Source of the DNA: a virus
Lineage: Duplodnaviria; Caudoviricetes
Length of the DNA: 64,000 nucleotides
Strand: one strand, 5' to 3'
IMG/VR virus record: IMGVR_UViG_3300024344_003081
A program made the translations under genes and the position numbers. The notes beneath the pieces were generated by a model. That model worked only from the letters and a program-made list of their open reading frames with translations, searched no databases and was not told the origin of the DNA. Of this stretch, positions 56,352-64,000 are shown piece by piece. How positions within the stretch are numbered: the first letter of the stretch is position 1; each line of letters starts with the position of its first letter.

Positions 56352-56834
56352 ATGATAGGAATTTTAGTTTTTGCTTTAGTAGTTCTTGCTACAGTCTGTC
56401 TTTGGTTGTTGATTGAAGAGAGAAAAAGTCCCAAGTTTTTGATTTGGTTTATTCCCGTTCTTTTACTATTAGTAACATCAACTTATGTTACTTATACATC
56501 AATATTGGGAATTCCGAAAGTTGGAGTACCAGAAAAGGGAATGTATTTAAAACATTATATAGCTGAACCAAACTGGATTTATTTGTGGATTTTAAATAAA
56601 AACAATGTTCCAATGTCTTATCAAATAGTATATACAAGAAAAAAACATGAAGCATTGGAAGGTGTCAGAGGAAAAGTAGAAGAAGGTGCGTTTATGGTTT
56701 TAGGAGAAGATAAAGAAGTTATTGGAGAATCAGGAGAAAAAGAAAAATCTGGTGGCGGATATACTATTGGTGGTGATATTAGTTTTTATGAATGGGATTA
56801 TGCAGAAAATATGCCATCAAAAAACTCACAATAA
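56352..56834 (+). CDS. Membrane protein, third gene of the TolQ-like triplet
   Basis: Two N-terminal TM segments, EPNWIYLW motif. Confidence 0.55.
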   Translation: MIGILVFALVVLATVCLWLLIEERKSPKFLIWFIPVLLLLVTSTYVTYTSILGIPKVGVPEKGMYLKHYIAEPNWIYLWILNKNNVPMSYQIVYTRKKHEALEGVRGKVEEGAFMVLGEDKEVIGESGEKEKSGGGYTIGGDISFYEWDYAENMPSKNSQ

Positions 56835-56846
56835 GGAGTATATGAA

Positions 56847-57260
56847 ATGCCCATACATAAACATTTGCTCATTAGAGCCGAAGTAGCTGATCCTATAATA
56901 GAAGAAAAAATACTTAAAAAATGGCTTAGAAATTTGGTGAAGAAGATTGATATGAAAATTATCAAAGGTCCTTTTGCTGGTTATGTAACTAAAGAAGGAA
57001 ATCGTGGACTCACGGGTGTAGTAATGATAGAAACAAGTCACGTTTCTATTCATATTTGGGATGAAGAAAATCCCGCATTAGTACAATGTGATGTTTATAG
57101 TTGTGCAGAATTTTCTGCTTCAGAAGTATTACTTCTTCTTGAGCCAATGCAACCAGTAAAAATAAATTATATGGTTATTGATCGTAAAGACGAATTTGAA
57201 ATTCTTAATAAATCGTGGATGCCAAAGAAGAATTATGGTAGTCTTTCTGTATTAGATTAA
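56847..57260 (+). CDS. speD: Pyruvoyl-dependent S-adenosylmethionine decarboxylase family protein
   Basis: HKHLLIRAE, GLTGVVMIETSHVSIHIWDE, DVYSC. Confidence 0.85.
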   Translation: MPIHKHLLIRAEVADPIIEEKILKKWLRNLVKKIDMKIIKGPFAGYVTKEGNRGLTGVVMIETSHVSIHIWDEENPALVQCDVYSCAEFSASEVLLLLEPMQPVKINYMVIDRKDEFEILNKSWMPKKNYGSLSVLD

Positions 57261-57281
57261 TAAAAAAGTGAAAGGAATATT

Positions 57282-58262
57282 ATGTTTAGATTTTTTACAA
57301 ACAAAGAATGGTGGTTATGGTCTTGGCTTGGTTCAATAATCATTTTAGGATCGCTTTGGGTTCAAGTAAAGATTGATGTAAAAATAAATGAATGGTTTGG
57401 TGTCTTTTATGACATGATACAAAAAGCACTTGCCACACCAAATGCAATTACAATAGGAGAATATTTCGACAGTTTATTCTCATTTATTACACTAGCAGGA
57501 ATGTATGTCGGGCTTTATGTTATAATCAGTTATTTTACTGCTCACTATTTGTTTAGATGGCGTACTGCAATGGTTGACTGGTATCATAGTGTATATGAGA
57601 AAGCCAGAACAATAGAAGGTGCATCGCAAAGGGTTCAAGAAGATACAATTAAATTTACCCGTATAATGGAAAGTTTAGGAACATCTTTAATTGAATCCGT
57701 TATGGTTTTAGTTCAGTTTGTTCCTATATTATTTGGATTGTCAATGGGCATTCCAATATTCTTTTTTGGTGATTGGGAATATGGATTGATTACAGGTGCG
57801 TTACTTTGGACATTAGGCGGTACTGCATTTTTAATTGGATTAGGATGGATATTGCGTTTAGTTGGTATAGAATATGACATACAAGCAAAAGAAGCGGCAT
57901 ATAGAAAAATACTTGTTATTGCAGAAGATGATGGAACTGTTAGACCAAAGAAAATCGAGGAATTCTTTGATGATGTACGTAAGATTCACTTTTTAAGTTA
58001 TTTACGTTATCTGTATTTTAATATTGGTCGAATGGCGTACTTACAGGCAAATGTATTATCAGCTTATGTATTTCTAGCACCAGCAATAGTTGCAGGAGTG
58101 ATGACTCTAGGTGTAATGCAACAAATAATAAGAGCCTTTGGTAGAGTAGAAGGATCGATGCAATATCTATTAAAAGCATGGCCTACTATTATTGAATTAA
58201 TGAGTGTTTTTAGGCGTTTAAGAGAATTTGAAGCTAAGTTAATAGAAAACGAAAAGTTATGA
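57282..58262 (+). CDS. sbmA: SbmA/BacA-family peptide transporter
   Basis: VKINEWFGVFYDMIQKAL, HYLFRWRTAM, IEGASQRVQEDT, EAAYRKILV, FGRVEGSMQYL. Confidence 0.9.
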   Translation: MFRFFTNKEWWLWSWLGSIIILGSLWVQVKIDVKINEWFGVFYDMIQKALATPNAITIGEYFDSLFSFITLAGMYVGLYVIISYFTAHYLFRWRTAMVDWYHSVYEKARTIEGASQRVQEDTIKFTRIMESLGTSLIESVMVLVQFVPILFGLSMGIPIFFFGDWEYGLITGALLWTLGGTAFLIGLGWILRLVGIEYDIQAKEAAYRKILVIAEDDGTVRPKKIEEFFDDVRKIHFLSYLRYLYFNIGRMAYLQANVLSAYVFLAPAIVAGVMTLGVMQQIIRAFGRVEGSMQYLLKAWPTIIELMSVFRRLREFEAKLIENEKL

Positions 58263-58585
58263 TTAAAATAATAATTATATTTCTTTTTACATTTGTTGCT
58301 TGTGGTGTCCCGCCCGAAGATTGGAAAGATACTCGACCTAGTGATGAACAATGGATGGCTTCTATGGATGCATCTTTGGAAAAATGGATAGTTGCATCAC
58401 AGTATTTACCTAAAGAAAAACTACAAGGATTACAACGTGCAGGATTTTTTGAAATAGGGGATTCTATTTATTCTCATCATTGTGACAGTCATGGAAATAT
58501 GTTGCGATTAAAATATAATGAAGAAAATAATACATGGAAGCAAATAAAATATGAAACATTAGGATGTGTGGGTTTTGAAGAATGA
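58259..58585 (+). CDS. Hypothetical lipoprotein
   Basis: Lipobox FVAC. Confidence 0.5.
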   Translation: MIKIIIIFLFTFVACGVPPEDWKDTRPSDEQWMASMDASLEKWIVASQYLPKEKLQGLQRAGFFEIGDSIYSHHCDSHGNMLRLKYNEENNTWKQIKYETLGCVGFEE

Positions 58586-59118
58586 AGCAATACAAACGTG
58601 GAAATTATTGGATACAAAAAGTTAAACGTGATTGGAATTCTAAAGCATATATTGACTTTTATGAAAAATATGGACACGAATGGCTCCCAAAACTAATTGA
58701 TCATAAGAGATATAGTGAAATTGGTGAAATACAAATGGAATTTATTGATGGTAAACCAGTAACTTCTGATTATCATTCTTTTGTAATTCAAACTATTTGT
58801 TATACAATTATACCAGCATTTTTTAGTTATTCCATGTATGAACGTTCATATTCTGGAATTACTCATGAAGAATTAGTGTGGAGCTTTATGAGACAAACTG
58901 ATGATTGTAAATTATATTTACATAGAGATTTAAAATTTGAAAATTTCCTTATTGGTGAACACAACAAATTAACATTGGTAGGTATAGATGCATTTGGGTG
59001 GTCATCACTAAAAGAAGTATCATCCCTCAGAGCATGGAAATATAAAGATCAAAAACTTGATGGTGATCTTAAAGTAAAAGGTTCACCATATTTAGATTAT
59101 TCTGATGCTGTACAATAA
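58582..59118 (+). CDS. Minimal protein-kinase-like/APH phosphotransferase, copy 1
   Basis: LPKLID, MEFIDG, HRDLKFENF, IDAFG. Confidence 0.7.
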   Translation: MKQYKRGNYWIQKVKRDWNSKAYIDFYEKYGHEWLPKLIDHKRYSEIGEIQMEFIDGKPVTSDYHSFVIQTICYTIIPAFFSYSMYERSYSGITHEELVWSFMRQTDDCKLYLHRDLKFENFLIGEHNKLTLVGIDAFGWSSLKEVSSLRAWKYKDQKLDGDLKVKGSPYLDYSDAVQ

Positions 59119-59133
59119 TTCATAAATACATGT

Positions 59134-59667
59134 ATGAGATATGATACAAATACCTTAAGAGATTTCAGAATAAAATTAATGGAGTTTGATAATCCCACTA
59201 TCTATTGTGATATGGATGGTGTGTTAGCAGATTTCATTTCATTTACTGATAAAATTTTAGGAACAAAATTTAAAGATGAACACTGGTCAAAACTTCCAGA
59301 TGATTTATTTTATCAATTATCCCCCATGCCCGATGCTCACACATTATGGTCCTTCATTTCTAAACATGATCCTCGTATATTGACTGCACACCCTAGACCA
59401 GGAAGAGGACCCATTTCAAATAGAGCATCCGATGATAAAAAAAGATGGATGTTAAAGCATTTTAAATGGCCCGCCAGTAAAATCTATCCTGTTTTAAGAA
59501 AAGACAAAAAGCAATTTGCAAAAGATGGTAGAGATGGTAGACCCAATCTTTTAATTGATGATTATGTAGGAAATTGTGTAGAATTTAGAAATCGTGGTGG
59601 TATAGCAGTAGTTCATACAAGTGCTAGTAATACCATAAAAGAACTTAAAAAAATAGGTTACAAATGA
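59134..59667 (+). CDS. HAD-family 5'(3')-deoxyribonucleotidase-like phosphatase
   Basis: IYCDMDGVLADF, ILTA, KKRW, LLIDDYVGN. Confidence 0.8.
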   Translation: MRYDTNTLRDFRIKLMEFDNPTIYCDMDGVLADFISFTDKILGTKFKDEHWSKLPDDLFYQLSPMPDAHTLWSFISKHDPRILTAHPRPGRGPISNRASDDKKRWMLKHFKWPASKIYPVLRKDKKQFAKDGRDGRPNLLIDDYVGNCVEFRNRGGIAVVHTSASNTIKELKKIGYK

Positions 59668-60362
59668 TTCATTTTGACTCTTATCTTGCTGAAGAAGAAT
59701 TAATAGAAGGGGTATATGATCCAGGTATACTCAAAGCATTCTTTACGGCGGGCGGACCAGGATCTGGAAAGTCTTATGTTACGGGAAAAGCTGGACTGGG
59801 TAAATTCTCTCCTCTAGGAATTAAAATTGTTAATTCCGATGCACAATATGAAAAGCTATTAGATGATGCAAAATTGGAGATGACTCCTGCAAATATCTTT
59901 AGTCCAAAAGGACAGGAAATCAGAAAACGAGCAAAAGAAATGACTCAAGCAATGAGATCGGGATATATTGATGGAAGACTTGGTTTGTTGATAGATGGAA
60001 CGGGAAAAGATTATGAAAAGATTCAATTGACCTCTAATTCTCTCAGAAAAGTCGGTTATGACACATACATGATTTTTGTCAATACCTCATTAGATGTAGC
60101 ACAAAAAAGAAATTTAATGAGACCCAGAAAACTTGATCCAGGACAAGTAACTAAAATGTGGAATGCTGTTCAACAGAATATAGGCAAATTCCAAAGACAT
60201 TTTGGAAGAAAAAATATACTTATTCTTGACAATAATGATGAAAGCGAAGACATTATTGAAAGTTTATTTGTTAGAATAAAGAAATTGGTTACTGAGCCAG
60301 TGGTAAATACTATCGGGAAACGATGGATTGAAAGTGAACTTAAAAAGAAAAAAAGGAAATAA
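59664..60362 (+). CDS. P-loop kinase (zeta toxin/AAA_33-like)
   Basis: FTAGGPGSGKS, VNSD, LIDGTG, IFVNTSLDVAQKRN; MIHFDSYLAE start. Confidence 0.8.
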   Translation: MIHFDSYLAEEELIEGVYDPGILKAFFTAGGPGSGKSYVTGKAGLGKFSPLGIKIVNSDAQYEKLLDDAKLEMTPANIFSPKGQEIRKRAKEMTQAMRSGYIDGRLGLLIDGTGKDYEKIQLTSNSLRKVGYDTYMIFVNTSLDVAQKRNLMRPRKLDPGQVTKMWNAVQQNIGKFQRHFGRKNILILDNNDESEDIIESLFVRIKKLVTEPVVNTIGKRWIESELKKKKRK

Positions 60363-60363
60363 A

Positions 60364-60876
60364 ATGGCTGAATATACAAATAAAGAGGCTTGTGAGTATA
60401 TTTACAAGATAACTGCAGTGGAGAAAGTTGTAGATGGAGATACTATTGATGCTGTCCTTGATTTGGGGTTCGATGTTGGTATCCGTGCCAGAATCCGTTT
60501 GCTCGGAATGGATACCCCAGAGTCCAGAACTAGAGATTTGGAAGAGAAGTTTTATGGAAAACTCTCATCGAGTGCCCTTAAATCATGGGTACATTGGGCA
60601 GTCGTATCAGACAGGGACGACATTGAAATTCAATTGCGATGTCCAGAAGAAGACAGTAGAGGTAAATTTGGAAGAGTCCTTGGAGAACTCTGGATCAATT
60701 GTGATGCCGATGGAGAAGAATTTTCGGGATGGACCAATATAAACAAATGGATGTGTGAAAATGGTTATGCTGTTGGGTATTTTGGTGGAAGTAAAGAAGA
60801 AATTGAAGCAGAACATATGAAAAACAGAGAATTGCTTTTAGAAACTCAGGGTATTAAGTACGAGGAATATGATTGA
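60364..60876 (+). CDS. Thermonuclease (SNase)-like nuclease
   Basis: KVVDGDTID..LDLGF, RIRLLGMDTPESRTRD, GKFGRVLG; start at ATG 60364. Confidence 0.88.
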   Translation: MAEYTNKEACEYIYKITAVEKVVDGDTIDAVLDLGFDVGIRARIRLLGMDTPESRTRDLEEKFYGKLSSSALKSWVHWAVVSDRDDIEIQLRCPEEDSRGKFGRVLGELWINCDADGEEFSGWTNINKWMCENGYAVGYFGGSKEEIEAEHMKNRELLLETQGIKYEEYD

Positions 60877-60879
60877 AAG

Positions 60880-61383
60880 GTGAAAAAAGAAGGTAATTAT
60901 TGGTATAAAAAAACATTCGAAAAACAATGGGACGTAAAAAGTTATAATGAATTCTATGAAGGTTATGGATCAAGTTTTCTTCCAAAACTCATAGAATACA
61001 ATAATGAATCTGATACTCCTTTTATACGAATGGAATATATTGATGGCAAACACGTTTCTCCAGATCAATATCCAATGGTAATGCAATTTGTTTGTTATAG
61101 AATTATACCATTGTTTTTTAGATACTCTATGTCTGATGTTGCTGATATTAGTCATCAAGAATTTATGGATGGTTTCATAAGACAAAAACGTAAGTGTAGA
61201 TTATATTTTCATACTGATTTGAAATTTGGGAATTTCTTTATTGATAAACAGAACAAAATATATCTACTTGATATTGATTCATTACATTGGACTACTAATG
61301 AATATTTGGAATCAAAATGGTTATATCAAAACCCACTTGCTAAACCTGATCCGAGATACCTGAGTGGTAGTCCCAAAACGTAA
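60880..61383 (+). CDS. Minimal protein-kinase-like/APH phosphotransferase, copy 2
   Basis: LPKLIE, MEYIDG, HTDLKFGNF, LLDID; paralog of 58582. Confidence 0.7.
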   Translation: MKKEGNYWYKKTFEKQWDVKSYNEFYEGYGSSFLPKLIEYNNESDTPFIRMEYIDGKHVSPDQYPMVMQFVCYRIIPLFFRYSMSDVADISHQEFMDGFIRQKRKCRLYFHTDLKFGNFFIDKQNKIYLLDIDSLHWTTNEYLESKWLYQNPLAKPDPRYLSGSPKT

Positions 61384-61393
61384 AGGAGCCGAT

Positions 61394-61609
61394 ATGAAAA
61401 CATTTTCACAGTATCTAGAAGAAACAAATTCCAAGTATATTGTTTCCAAAAATCCACACGACAAGCAGTGGTATGTAATGGGACATGTAGGTCGCAACAA
61501 ATGGATGCCAGTTTCTAATGGATTTAAAAACAAAACTCAGGCACAGAAGTGGGCAAAGAGTCAAGACAAGGTGGACTCCGCCGCTAGTGGAGAAATAAGT
61601 GGTGTATAA
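61394..61609 (+). CDS. Small protein with capsid-targeting-like N-terminus
   Basis: SD AAGGAG; MKTFSQYLEE start at ATG 61394. Confidence 0.65.
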   Translation: MKTFSQYLEETNSKYIVSKNPHDKQWYVMGHVGRNKWMPVSNGFKNKTQAQKWAKSQDKVDSAASGEISGV

Positions 61610-61999
61610 ATGAAAACATTTACTACATTTTTAAACGAAAATATAACTCAAAAGCAACTGAATGCTATAGAATCATATGCTGATAGGTTATTTAGAGCCG
61701 TTGATATAGATGTAGAATTCACCAGACATTTTATTGATCGTGTTAATGATAGTCGAAATAAGAAGCAAATTACACAGTCTGAATTGATACGATTATTTAA
61801 ACAAACTTATAAAAAGCATGGAAAACATATCCCACAAATGGGAGATGAAGCACAGGCAGTTATAAGGGATATGCAAACCGATATCAATATGCCATTTGTA
61901 TTAGCATATGATAATCGAAATAAAGAACTCGATTTGGTCGCTAAGACCATCATGAGAAAAAAAGGATTCAAAACATCTAACAAGAAGTTAGATATATAA
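61610..61999 (+). CDS. Conserved T4-like protein with capsid-targeting-like N-terminus
   Basis: MKTFTTFLNE start; VEFTRHFIDRVND, DINMPFVL, KTIMRK. Confidence 0.65.
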   Translation: MKTFTTFLNENITQKQLNAIESYADRLFRAVDIDVEFTRHFIDRVNDSRNKKQITQSELIRLFKQTYKKHGKHIPQMGDEAQAVIRDMQTDINMPFVLAYDNRNKELDLVAKTIMRKKGFKTSNKKLDI

Positions 62000-62017
62000 T
62001 TTAGAAATTGACAATAT

Positions 62018-62025
62018 TATAAATA
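62018..62025 (+). promoter_or_regulatory. T4-type late promoter
   Basis: TATAAATA upstream of the AsnRS-like gene. Confidence 0.55.
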
Positions 62026-62043
62026 AAAAGGAAATTGGAAAAT

Positions 62044-62889
62044 ATGACTACATTAATTTCACCCCAAGATTTCACCAACGCCACAAATCAACTCAGAACT
62101 TTCTTTAATGACCTCGGATTTCTTGAAGTCCATACGCAAAATCGTCTTTCGATTCTTGCCGCTTGTGAAGATCCAACTACAGTTTCCACTTACGATTATG
62201 CAGGAAATATTTGGCCTCTTCCTCAGACTGGTCAAATGTGGCTGGAATACGAATTACTACAAAATCCCGATTTAAAAGGCGTATACTGTGTATCAACATC
62301 GTATCGACAAGAACAAAATCCAGTAGCAGGAAGACATGATTTGATCTTTCCAATGTTTGAATTTGAAGCACCAGGTACATTTGATGATTTAATAGAGATG
62401 GAAGAAAACTTAGTTTGTCATCTTGGATTCAGACCATGTGTATATCCTATTAAAAGATATACTGAATGGCAAGAAGAATTCAATACAACTGAAGAATTAA
62501 ATCACGAACACGAACAAATGATTTCAGATTCACATACCAACATTCAACAAGCAGGTGTGGGTTTTATTACACATTTTCCCTATACTACATCACCCTTTTG
62601 GAATATGAAGAAAGAAGGAGAATTTGCTAACAAATGTGATGTTATTATAGATGGAATGGAAACTATTGGATCTGCAGAAAGATCCGCTGATACAGTAGAA
62701 ATGAGAGAACAATTTCATACAATATCAGATGGAGAATATGCTAGTTTATTGTACGAATTATTTGGAAAAGAGAGAGTAGAAAAAGAATTAGAGGAATTTT
62801 TAAGTTATGATTTCTTTCCTAGATATGGAGGAGGAATCGGAGTAACAAGACTTATTAGTGCTTTGAAAAATTGTGGAGTGGCGAAATAG
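62044..62889 (+). CDS. Class II aaRS catalytic-domain-only paralog (AsnRS-like / archaeal-type asparagine synthetase family)
   Basis: Motif 1 LRTFF...GFLEV, LPQTGQMWLE, motif 2 SYRQE...RHDLIFPMFEFE, ETIGSAER, motif 3 PRYGGGIGVTRL; no N-terminal OB anticodon domain. Confidence 0.85.
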   Translation: MTTLISPQDFTNATNQLRTFFNDLGFLEVHTQNRLSILAACEDPTTVSTYDYAGNIWPLPQTGQMWLEYELLQNPDLKGVYCVSTSYRQEQNPVAGRHDLIFPMFEFEAPGTFDDLIEMEENLVCHLGFRPCVYPIKRYTEWQEEFNTTEELNHEHEQMISDSHTNIQQAGVGFITHFPYTTSPFWNMKKEGEFANKCDVIIDGMETIGSAERSADTVEMREQFHTISDGEYASLLYELFGKERVEKELEEFLSYDFFPRYGGGIGVTRLISALKNCGVAK

Positions 62890-62962
62890 GTAAACGCAAC
62901 CAGTTGTTTACTGGTCGAGTCGGGGCAGACTTTTGAAGGTTCGAATCCTTCCTCCACAGCCA
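62872..62962 (+). tRNA. Non-canonical tRNA, anticodon GTT (Asn), with long variable arm
   Basis: Acceptor TGTGGAG/CTCCACA + G + CCA; D arm GCG..CGC; anticodon arm ACCAG-TTGTTTA-CTGGT; 19-nt variable region with GAGTC/GACTT stem; T arm GAAGG-TTCGAAT-CCTTC. Confidence 0.85.
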
Positions 62963-62981
62963 TTTAACGCCACTCATTATT

Positions 62982-63821
62982 ATGAAAGAACTATTTATGA
63001 AAATATTGATTACTGGATCCCGTGGATATATCGGATATAATCTAATTCAATACCTTCAGAGACATGCCCCTGAGATCGAATTAATAGGTCTCGATTCTAC
63101 ATTTAAAGAATTATCAAAAAAATCTAAAGACAAACTTAGACATGATCATATATTAGATATTCTGCATATTGATGATACAATATTAGAAGCAGAATTACCT
63201 CTGGATGTTACGCATGTGATTCATCTAGCGGGAAAAACAGGTGTCAGACAATCATGGGATGCAGAAGACCTCAAATCCTATTATGTAGATAATGTATTAT
63301 CAACTCAACGAATTTTTAATGTATATTCTAGACCTCCATATAAAACAGATATTCCAATCCTATATGCAACAAGTTCTTCTGCAATTGAAATGAAATCTCC
63401 TTATGCAATGACACAAGCAATGAAAGAATCAATAGCACCATCAACTGCAATAGGAATGAGATTTTTCACAGTTTGGGGTGGAGAATATCCTAGACATGAT
63501 ATGTTATATGGAAAAGCATTAAGAGATGGTATAGATGAACTTACAGAGAATGAAAGAGATTTTACACATATACACTATGTTTGCGAATCAATTTATGCAT
63601 TAATTCTTTCGACAGATACTACAAAGTTTTCTGGAAGAAAATTGGACATATATGATATAGGAACTGGTGAACCTAGAACACCAAAGAAGTTCTTAGAAGA
63701 TATAGATATTTTACCTACAACTGTTCTTGATTCAATTCCAATAGTAGAAAATGAATTTGAATCACGAAGTACTAAAGCAGATCCAACTGAAATTGAGAAA
63801 ATTAGAAAGAGATTCTTGTGA
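62982..63821 (+). CDS. NAD-dependent epimerase/dehydratase (extended SDR)
   Basis: ILITGSRGYIG, VIHLAG..GVR, ATSSS, PYAMTQ, RFFTVWG, RDFTHI. Confidence 0.88.
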   Translation: MKELFMKILITGSRGYIGYNLIQYLQRHAPEIELIGLDSTFKELSKKSKDKLRHDHILDILHIDDTILEAELPLDVTHVIHLAGKTGVRQSWDAEDLKSYYVDNVLSTQRIFNVYSRPPYKTDIPILYATSSSAIEMKSPYAMTQAMKESIAPSTAIGMRFFTVWGGEYPRHDMLYGKALRDGIDELTENERDFTHIHYVCESIYALILSTDTTKFSGRKLDIYDIGTGEPRTPKKFLEDIDILPTTVLDSIPIVENEFESRSTKADPTEIEKIRKRFL

Positions 63822-63882
63822 AAAACAGGCAACCGCTAAATAGGTGTGTACACCGTTCTTTTGAAAGATGCTATTAATTATT

Positions 63883-64000
63883 ATGTTGTATATTTCTGCT
63901 CCTTTCGGTAATTACCTTCACGCTACAAACGCCAAATCAGTCATCGGCACATATACAGTAGATAGTAGACCAGGAAGATTCACACAAATCCTCAAAACAT
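63883..64000 (+). CDS. 5' part of a gene running off the window, possibly dihydroorotate dehydrogenase-like
   Basis: MLYISAPFGNYL...GTYTVDSRPGRFTQILKT resembles N-termini of viral DHODH-like proteins; only 39 codons visible. Confidence 0.35.
   Translation, partial: MLYISAPFGNYLHATNAKSVIGTYTVDSRPGRFTQILKT

Noticed and set aside
62904-62910. Reading the tRNA anticodon as TGT (Thr) or TTT (Lys)
   Set aside because: The 5-bp stem defines a 7-nt loop whose central triplet is GTT; U1:A72 and G73 also fit Asn
1-64000. Minus-strand and short alternative-frame ORFs in the ORF track (e.g. 706-1257, 9072-9368, 21964-22455, 38492-38881)
   Set aside because: They lie wholly inside well-supported + strand genes, lack RBS and recognisable motifs; shadow ORFs
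1-64000. Stop-codon reassignment (alternative genetic code)
   Set aside because: Core genes are full length in code 11 and TAA, TAG and TGA all end genes at expected positions; no suppressor tRNA seen

Overview
A 64-kb AT-rich segment of a large T4-like myovirus genome, most likely of a marine or aquatic heterotrophic bacterium (host not determinable from the sequence). All credible genes lie on the + strand, densely packed, in genetic code 11. 1-12.4 kb: core replication block (gp45, gp44, gp62, regA, dUTPase, hsp20, gp43, uvsX, gp41) with consensus sigma70 promoters. 13-27 kb: probable head-internal and virion/fibre proteins. 27-32.5 kb: primase, ThyX, class II RNR NrdJ, glutaredoxin, RuvC-like resolvase. 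32.5-64 kb: a very rich accessory region with a circularly permuted two-piece tmRNA whose intervening segment encodes a small membrane peptide, an IscA-IscA-IscU Fe-S cluster followed by an uncalled metallothionein-like gene, ribosomal protein bS21, a complete ABC importer (two substrate-binding proteins, ATPase, permease) with an arylsulfotransferase-like propeller and isocitrate lyase, purine salvage enzymes, a PiT-like transporter behind Pho-box-like repeats, ClpS, an ExbB/TolQ-like triplet, SpeD, SbmA, twin minimal kinases, and a catalytic-domain-only AsnRS paralog whose 3' end overlaps a non-canonical long-variable-arm tRNA with a GUU anticodon. About a dozen ORFs start with a T4 capsid-targeting-like sequence (MKxFxxF/YLxE). 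All calls come from motif recognition by eye; no database searches were run.
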